Of a stretch of 64,000 nt of DNA, positions 58,167 to 64,000 are shown one piece after another (positions within the stretch are counted from its first letter, which is position 1; each line of letters begins with the position of its first letter). This stretch comes from an uncultured bacterium (GTDB taxonomy: Bacteria > Krumholzibacteriota > Krumholzibacteriia > LZORAL124-64-63). The notes beneath the pieces were generated by a model. That model made no database searches and was not told the DNA's origin. It saw nothing but the letters and a program-made list of their open reading frames with translations. The stretch covers positions 288,985 through 352,984 of the forward strand of contig CAVSZB010000003.1 of the NCBI GenBank assembly GCA_963732385.1, read 5' to 3'. The position numbers and the translations under genes were made by a program.

Positions 58167-59066
58167 ATGGACAGCAGGGACTGGGAAAAGCTCTGGGACG
58201 ACCTCCTCGAAGGGTGTTCCGACGTCACGACCCCTGCCGACGCTCCCGACCTGACGGCGGCGGTGCTCGCGCGCACGTCGGGTTCGGCCTGCGGACGGGC
58301 CGGCGGCCTGCTCGCCGCGTTCGCCGACGGCGCCCCGGACCTCGGCGATGCGCAACTGCTGCACGCGCACCTCGAACGTTGCCCCGCCTGTCACGCTCTG
58401 GCCGCAACGCTCGCCTGGTTGACGCCCGAGCTGCGCGGCATGGCCGAGGTCGCGCCCGATCCCGCCTTCCTTGCCGACGTGTTGGCCGCCACCGCGCGCC
58501 TGAGGGCGTCGTCGTTGGCTCGCGCGCGGCGACAGGCCCGCTTCGCCGGCCGTATCGAAGCCGTGGCCGGGCTGGCCGGCGTCTGGTGGCGGCGACAGCT
58601 GGAGCGGCCCCGCTTCGCGCTCGAGTTTGCCTACGTGGCCACGATGATCCTGCTCGCGCTCTGCGCGACCCCCGTGTCGCCGCTGCGCTCGGCGCCGCAG
58701 AAAGCGCTCGCGGTCGTGGAGGCGAGCCCGGCCGGCCTGGCGACCGTTTCAGCCTGGGTCTGGAGGGCGTTGCCAGCGAGCGTGGCCGATGTCGGTCGCG
58801 TTGCCTGGGGCGTTACCGGCGGTCGGGTCACCGGCGCCATCAGCACCACCGCCGACCGGCTCGCGGCGCGCGGTCGCCGCACCGACCCGTTGCGCGCCGA
58901 CCTGGCGCGGCATCTCGGCGACACCGGCCGCGCGCTCGTGCAGTTCAATTTCGTAAAGGCGGCCGGCGATTGGAACCAGGCCCGCGCCGATCTGTCGGCT
59001 CTATGGAGTGCGTGGCGCATGGGCGGGAGGATCCCCGCTGCCGGCGATGCGCGCACCCGGGCGTGA
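58167..59066 (+). CDS. Membrane-spanning anti-sigma factor with a zinc-binding ZAS motif (HxxxCxxC).
   Basis: LLHAHLERCPACH is the ZAS motif. A central TM helix (FAYVATMILLALCATPV). It starts 18 bp after the sigma stop, with a GGAGAGGAGG RBS. Confidence 0.65.
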   Translation: MDSRDWEKLWDDLLEGCSDVTTPADAPDLTAAVLARTSGSACGRAGGLLAAFADGAPDLGDAQLLHAHLERCPACHALAATLAWLTPELRGMAEVAPDPAFLADVLAATARLRASSLARARRQARFAGRIEAVAGLAGVWWRRQLERPRFALEFAYVATMILLALCATPVSPLRSAPQKALAVVEASPAGLATVSAWVWRALPASVADVGRVAWGVTGGRVTGAISTTADRLAARGRRTDPLRADLARHLGDTGRALVQFNFVKAAGDWNQARADLSALWSAWRMGGRIPAAGDARTRA

Positions 59067-59126
59067 TCCCGTGCCCACTCGAGTTCTGCAACCGTAGACG
59101 AAGACGATAGAAAGAAGGAGGCAGTC

Positions 59127-59747
59127 ATGAACATCCTGCATCAACTGCGTCGCGAAGATCGGCCCGGCGAAGTCGGCTCGGGCGCGGGCGCGGGCCCCGC
59201 CGCCGGCGCCGGCCCCGGCACGTCGCCGCCCCCGCCCCCCGCCTGGGCCCCGCCGCCCCGGCTGGCGGATGCGAACCAGAAGTCGACGGTTCTGGCCGGT
59301 TTCCTGTCGGCGATCTTTCCCGGCCTCGGGCAGATCTACGTCGGCTACTACCAGCGCGGCGCGACATTCACTCTCACGGAGGCCGCGATCATCTCGGTCC
59401 TGGCCGGCGGCTTGATGCATGGGCTGGAGCCGCTGCTCGGCATCGCGATCGGCTTCATTTGGTTCCTCGGCATCATCGACGCCAATCGTCTGGCGAATCT
59501 CTATAACCAGGCGATGCAGGGACGTTCCGCCCTGAACCTGCCGGAAGGTTTCCAGCTGCCGCGTGAGCGCGGATCGTACGCCGGAGGCGCCGTGCTGGTC
59601 GTACTGGGCCTGCTGCTGTTCCTGAATCGCAACTTCGACTTCTCGCTCGAATGGCTCGAGGACTGGTGGCCGCTCGGCGTGATGGGCCTGGGCATCTGGC
59701 TGATCGTGAAGGCGCGCCGTGGACGCGCTTCGCGGGCGGACGCCTGA
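59127..59747 (+). CDS. TM2-domain-like membrane protein, function unknown.
   Basis: KSTVLAGFLSAIFPGLGQIYVGYYQRG resembles the TM2-domain signature. A second hydrophobic pair lies near the C-terminus. It is the last gene of the sigma / anti-sigma run. Confidence 0.45.
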   Translation: MNILHQLRREDRPGEVGSGAGAGPAAGAGPGTSPPPPPAWAPPPRLADANQKSTVLAGFLSAIFPGLGQIYVGYYQRGATFTLTEAAIISVLAGGLMHGLEPLLGIAIGFIWFLGIIDANRLANLYNQAMQGRSALNLPEGFQLPRERGSYAGGAVLVVLGLLLFLNRNFDFSLEWLEDWWPLGVMGLGIWLIVKARRGRASRADA

Positions 59748-59805
59748 CCCCCGAACGTCCATCAGGAGCCGACCGAGTCGTACGGATTCGGTGGACCTAA
59801 ACGCA

Positions 59806-59835
59806 AAGGCGGGGACCCGTGAGGGTTCCCGCCTT
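59806..59835 (+). terminator. Strong hairpin (13 bp stem including one G-U pair, GTGA loop) ~60 nt after the TM2 gene; putative intrinsic terminator lacking a U-tract.
   Basis: aaggcggggacccgtgagggttcccgcctt read directly. Confidence 0.45.
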
Positions 59836-60001
59836 CGTCGTGGCCGGGGATCTGTCCTGGCGCGTGCTCCGGCAGCCACCGCACGAACACGCTCCGCGGA
59901 ACCCCTGTCGATACAATTCTTGCATACCGGGCCGGGAAAGCGGCTAGAGTGGGCGCTGTTTCCCGCGCCGCGGCGCCATTCCCGTGCGAAAAGAGCGCCC
60001 A

Positions 60002-62020
60002 ATGACCGAATTCGAGATCGAACAGCTCCGTCGCCTGCCGCAACGCGAGAGTGACACCTGGCAGGGGGGGTGGTGCCGTTACCCGTTCCGTCTTGCGATC
60101 GCCGGAGAGGACGGCAGCAGCTTCCGGCTCGCTTTCTGGGCCAGTATCGAGAGCGGCCTGGTCAACCGGGCGTCGGAGCCGGTCTGGGTCGGGGAGACCA
60201 CGCCGGCGCGTCTTTTCAGCGCGCTGGTCCGCTACGCGATCGACCGCCGCGTGGCCGGTCATCGCCCCGGCCGCGTGCAGGTGGCAGATCGGGAGCTGGC
60301 CGACGCCCTGGGCCCGCCGCTCGGCCGCGCCGGCATCGTGGTGGAACTGGTGCCGGGCCCCGCTGAACGGCTGCCGGCGCTGGCGCCGGTGCTGGCCGCC
60401 ATGCGCGAGGAGTTCGCGGATCGCTGTACCGGCGCCGCCATGACCGATGTCCCCGGTGTGACGGTCGGGCGGATGCGCGCGTTCTCCGAGGCGGCGCGCG
60501 AATTTTTCCTCGCGCGTCCGTGGGAGCGGCTCGACGGCGACACCGACCCCATCCGCATCGTGACCCCTGAGCCCGATCCGACGCGCGGCGTCGTGACGGT
60601 CATGGGGTCGGCCGGCGAAACGTTCGGGCTCGGCTTCTTCGCGTCGCTGGAGCAGTTCCGGCGGATGGTGACCGCCGCAGCGGCCGATGACGAAGACGAG
60701 AGCGAGGATCTCGCGACCTCGGCGGAGCGCTGGTCGGTCGCGTTCGGCGATTTCGAGGACCTGCCGTACGAGGACGGCGACACCTGGCGGCAGCACGACC
60801 TCCCGGTAGCCGGCGAGGAGGCCTGGCCGCTGCTGCTTCACTTTCGCCCGCCGTACGAGTTTCTCGCGCCCGGTCCCGCCGATCTCTCGTTCATGGAGGC
60901 GATCCTGCGCGCCGTGGCGCAGGCCACGGAGGAACAGCTCGACAGCGGCCGCTGGAGCCTCACCGTGCCGACCTTCGACGGCCCGGTCGTCGTCGAACTG
61001 GAGCTGCCGGAACTGCTCGCTCCGCCCGACCGTCGCGAAATGATCGCGCGGGGATGGGAGCCGGACCGCCGCGCCTTCGAGCGGCTCCAGCTGATCATCG
61101 ACCGGGAGATGGCCGAGAACCGGCCGCGGAACATCGATGAGGCGAACGCCCTCCTGGCCCGCAAGCTCGGACCTGGTCCGATCCCCGACCTCCCGTTCGA
61201 GCCGCGCGACGACTGGGAGCGCGCCCAGGAGTTGTGCTACCAGGCGTTCGATTCGCAGGGCCGCCGCCGGGTCGCCCTTGCCCGCCGCGCGCTCGCCGTC
61301 TGCCCCAACTGCGCCGACGCGTACGTCCTTTTGGCCGAGAACGCCATGACGTCCGTGCAGGCGCACGCCCTGTATGAAGCCGGTGTCGCTGCCGGCCCCC
61401 GCCACCTGAGCGCGGATTTCCTGGCCCGCTTCGACGGCAATCTGTGGTCCAACCCCCGCGGCCGTCCCTGGCTGCGCGCGCTAAACGGCCGGGCAAGGAC
61501 CCTGAGCGAACTCGGCCGCAAGGACGAGGCGATCGCCGTCGGCGATGAACTCCTGCGCCTCGACCGCGAAGACCACCAGGGCATTCGCGAACCGCAGCTG
61601 ATCCTGCTGCTCGACGCCGGCCGCGACGCCGACGCCGAGACCCTGCTCGCCCGCTTTGCCGACAATGTTACCGACCACGACGGCGGCTTCTGGTTCTGGG
61701 CCACCGCCCTGATCGCCTTCCGCCTGCGTGGTGACACCCCCGAATCTTCCGCCGCTCTCGCCAGGGCCCGCGCCACCAACCGCCACGTCCCCCGCTTCCT
61801 CAAGGAGCCCGAGCCGATCCGCCTGGACGAAGAGGAGAATCTGCGCCCCGGCCAGCTCGGCGCCGCCCAGATCGTGGCGGGAATGCTGCACCGGTTCTGG
61901 AGGCAGACCCCTGGCGCGCTCGAGTGGGCTCTGGCCAGGAAGGCGAAGCCGGTCCGCCCCACCGGTGGGGGCGGGAAGGTAGGTCCCAGGGGACGGGGGA
62001 AGACGCGGGGCAGGGGATAG
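60002..62020 (+). CDS. Large (672 aa) soluble protein, function unknown. The C-terminal half is TPR-like/alpha-helical and may be related to the ST7 family.
   Basis: MTEFEIEQLRRLPQRESDTWQGGW.... The C-terminal ...CPNCADAYVLLAENAMTS... helical repeats; the tail is Gly/Arg/Lys-rich. I could not confirm the ST7 assignment. Confidence 0.5.
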   Translation: MTEFEIEQLRRLPQRESDTWQGGWCRYPFRLAIAGEDGSSFRLAFWASIESGLVNRASEPVWVGETTPARLFSALVRYAIDRRVAGHRPGRVQVADRELADALGPPLGRAGIVVELVPGPAERLPALAPVLAAMREEFADRCTGAAMTDVPGVTVGRMRAFSEAAREFFLARPWERLDGDTDPIRIVTPEPDPTRGVVTVMGSAGETFGLGFFASLEQFRRMVTAAAADDEDESEDLATSAERWSVAFGDFEDLPYEDGDTWRQHDLPVAGEEAWPLLLHFRPPYEFLAPGPADLSFMEAILRAVAQATEEQLDSGRWSLTVPTFDGPVVVELELPELLAPPDRREMIARGWEPDRRAFERLQLIIDREMAENRPRNIDEANALLARKLGPGPIPDLPFEPRDDWERAQELCYQAFDSQGRRRVALARRALAVCPNCADAYVLLAENAMTSVQAHALYEAGVAAGPRHLSADFLARFDGNLWSNPRGRPWLRALNGRARTLSELGRKDEAIAVGDELLRLDREDHQGIREPQLILLLDAGRDADAETLLARFADNVTDHDGGFWFWATALIAFRLRGDTPESSAALARARATNRHVPRFLKEPEPIRLDEEENLRPGQLGAAQIVAGMLHRFWRQTPGALEWALARKAKPVRPTGGGGKVGPRGRGKTRGRG

Positions 62021-62121
62021 CGGGGGGGTTTGCCAAGCGTTCCCCCACTTCTTGACGCCCCTCTCCCGCCCACCTACCGTTGCCCGTTCTGAGATTTTCG
62101 TCTCATAATCACGGAGAGAAC

Positions 62122-63489
62122 ATGTCCTGCATGAACATGCGCGCAGGGCCGCGGCTGGCGGCGGTCGTGGCCGCGATGGCAATCGGTCTGGCAGGGGCAT
62201 CGATCACGGGCGCGGCCGGGTCGACCGGCGCACCCGCCGAAACCGTCATGCCGAAATTCGGCGGCGAACTGCGGCTGCGCGGGGAGTCGTTCGACAATAT
62301 CCTCGACTTGTCCGATACGGGCGACGATTCCTACCAGTATTGGCGGCTGCGCTATCGCTTCTGGGCCGACGCCACGCCGCGCGAGGGGCTGCGGCTCTAC
62401 TTCCGGTTCGGCAACGAGTACCGGATGGGGGTCTACTCGGGGGCGTCGAGCATACGGGATGCGGAGAGCCGGGTCAGCCTGGACAACGGGTGGGCCGAAC
62501 TGAGCGATCCGGCGCACAGGCTATCGCTGCGGTTCGGGCGGATGGACCTCGTGTTTGGCGAGGGGCTGCTCATTTGCGATGGCACGCCGGCGGACGGATC
62601 GGGTTCCGCGTACTTCGATGCCATCCGCGGTACCTGGAAGCGGGGCGACCTCGCGCTCGACCTGTTCACCGCGAAGCTGGCCGATGAGGGGCTCGGCGCC
62701 GCGACGCGCGACGAGGATCTGTACGGCCTGCACGCGCAGCGGCACGACGTCGCGGCGTACGTCCTGCACCGCTTCAAGCGGGGGGCGACCGTGTTCCAGG
62801 ACGGCAAGCCGTGGGCAGTGCCGTCACCGCGGCAGCGGACCACCGCGCTCGGGGCGCGGTGGGCGCATCTGCCGGGCGCGGGGTGGCGCGCGGCGGTGGA
62901 GGGGGCGTACCAGGCCGGGCGGTTCGAGGACGACCTCCTGGCGGCGCCGGGCGACGAGGGGAACGCGCGCCGGGCGTTCGGCGGTTACGCGCGCGCCGGC
63001 TGGGCCGCAGACTGCTGCTGGCGACAGGCGTTCGAGGCGGGCGGGCTCTACCTGTCGGGCGACGATCCCGGCACGGCGCGCTACGAGGGGTGGGACGATT
63101 TCTACGGCGAATGGCCGAAGTGGTCGGAGCTGCTCATCTACACGTTCCTCGATTGCGCCACGCGCGTGGGGGGCGATCCGGCGCGACCTGACGACGCCGG
63201 CGTCTGGAATAACCTGACGGCATACTGGGCGGAGGTGCGGGCCGATCTGGCGCCGCAGTTGAGGGTGACCTTGCGCGGGACCGTGCTCGGGGCGCCCGAG
63301 GCGACCGGGCCGGGCGGCGGGCACGACCGCGGCACGCTGCTGTCTTTGCGTGCCGACTGTACGCGGTGGCGTGGCGTGGCGCTGCAGGCGCTCGGTGAGT
63401 TGTTCAATCCGGGCGACTACTACAGCGGCCGGGGCGACTACGGCGACCACGCCTGGTATTCGCGTTTCCAGATCGTCACCACCTTCTGA
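62122..63489 (+). CDS. Alginate-export (AlgE-like) family outer-membrane beta-barrel.
   Basis: Signal peptide (MSCMNMRAGPRLAAVVAAMAIGLAGASITGA). ...LRLRGESFDN...YWRLRYRFWAD...LYFRFGNEYR... is the Alginate_exp-like pattern. It ends with an aromatic ...RFQIVTTF. The start could be 62122, 62131 or 62137. Confidence 0.5.
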   Translation: MSCMNMRAGPRLAAVVAAMAIGLAGASITGAAGSTGAPAETVMPKFGGELRLRGESFDNILDLSDTGDDSYQYWRLRYRFWADATPREGLRLYFRFGNEYRMGVYSGASSIRDAESRVSLDNGWAELSDPAHRLSLRFGRMDLVFGEGLLICDGTPADGSGSAYFDAIRGTWKRGDLALDLFTAKLADEGLGAATRDEDLYGLHAQRHDVAAYVLHRFKRGATVFQDGKPWAVPSPRQRTTALGARWAHLPGAGWRAAVEGAYQAGRFEDDLLAAPGDEGNARRAFGGYARAGWAADCCWRQAFEAGGLYLSGDDPGTARYEGWDDFYGEWPKWSELLIYTFLDCATRVGGDPARPDDAGVWNNLTAYWAEVRADLAPQLRVTLRGTVLGAPEATGPGGGHDRGTLLSLRADCTRWRGVALQALGELFNPGDYYSGRGDYGDHAWYSRFQIVTTF

Positions 63490-63500
63490 GCGGGAGGCCC

Positions 63501-64000
63501 ATGGAAGCGCTCGGCGTTCTGCTGGCTGTCAGTCCGGTCATCGTGATCTTCCTGCTCCTGCTGCTGCGGCGCACGCCGGCCGATGTGGCGGGGGCGATCG
63601 GCTGGATGGTGACGGCGGCGGTGGCGCTGCTGTGGTTCCACACCGCACCGGCGGTCGTGGCGAGGGCGTCGCTGGCGGGGGTCGTGGCGTCGTTCCCGAT
63701 CAGCCTGATGGTCGGCGCGAGCCTGTTCCAGATGACGTTCATGCTCGAGACCGGGGCGGTGGAGCGGGTCGTCATCGCGATGCGGTCGGTGTCGCCACGC
63801 GACCGGATCGTACAGATCCTGATGATCAACGTCGGGTTCGGCACCGTGGTGACGGCGTTGGGGGCGACACCGGTGTCGATCCTGCCGCCGATCATGATCG
63901 CGCTCGGATACTCGAGTTTCGTGGCGATCGCGCTGCCGGCGATCGGGTACGACAGCCTCTGCACCTACGCGCTGCTGGCGATCCCCGCGGTCGTCTTCAC
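63501..64000 (+). CDS. L-lactate permease (LctP family), 5' fragment; the gene continues past the window end.
   Basis: GGGAGG RBS. MEALGVLLAVSPVIVIFLLLLLRR...VNVGFGTVVTALGATPVSILPPIMIALGY aligns with the LldP N-terminal helices (E. coli GFSFGAFLEGAAGFGTPVAI). It is absent from the ORF track because no stop lies in the window. Confidence 0.65.
   Translation, partial: MEALGVLLAVSPVIVIFLLLLLRRTPADVAGAIGWMVTAAVALLWFHTAPAVVARASLAGVVASFPISLMVGASLFQMTFMLETGAVERVVIAMRSVSPRDRIVQILMINVGFGTVVTALGATPVSILPPIMIALGYSSFVAIALPAIGYDSLCTYALLAIPAVVF

Overview
This 64 kb window has roughly 70% GC and comes from a diderm (Gram-negative) bacterium. Genes are densely packed, and many adjacent pairs overlap as ATGA/GTGA (stop overlapping start), suggesting translational coupling. 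The few AT-rich islands all lie in intergenic regions and look like promoters. I could not place the lineage from sequence alone; the content (multiheme cytochromes, Sec-containing SelD, Tat-exported SOD, many outer-membrane barrels) is compatible with a metal-respiring Myxococcota/Desulfobacterota-like or Gemmatimonadota-like organism.

Housekeeping and stress genes: recQ, clpB, ispH, dus, hsp20, Fe/Mn SOD with a Tat signal, periplasmic msrB under an ECF sigma/anti-sigma pair, a zinc alcohol dehydrogenase, an SDR, and an FAH-family hydrolase.

Envelope and transport genes: a TolC-MFP-RND efflux operon led by a small DUF2892 gene, two Omp85/POTRA outer-membrane proteins, an alginate-export-type barrel, a small OMP barrel next to a lipoprotein, a MOP-family flippase, and a 5' fragment of an L-lactate permease.

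Regulators: ArsR, GntR (with a perfect palindromic operator upstream), an ECF sigma with a ZAS anti-sigma, and an orphan histidine kinase coupled to a YfiR-like DUF4154 protein.

Features worth a second look:
1. A three-gene porin / 12-heme cytochrome / 22-heme lipoprotein cytochrome operon (7593-11556). The gene order mirrors Geobacter porin-cytochrome (Pcc) electron conduits. The last gene is expanding through near-identical 297 bp tandem duplications.
2. A tripartite MqsR-like toxin / MqsA-like Zn-ribbon-HTH antitoxin / ImmA-IrrE metallopeptidase module at the left edge.
3. selD carrying an in-frame UGA (Sec) codon, which an automated ORF call would truncate.
4. An SbcCD-like nuclease/ATPase pair whose ATPase has two hydrophobic helices in place of the CXXC zinc hook.
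5. A Fic protein whose catalytic His is replaced by Arg.
6. A cytochrome-bd CydA-like protein with a C-terminal c-type heme motif.
7. A 147 bp element with perfect 24 bp terminal inverted repeats between the divergent recQ and clpB genes.
8. An uncharacterised, translationally coupled four-gene membrane-protein operon (14.1-17.7 kb).
9. A lower-GC segment carrying an FGE-type lipoprotein.

No rRNA, tRNA, CRISPR array, transposase or integrase is supportable from the sequence.
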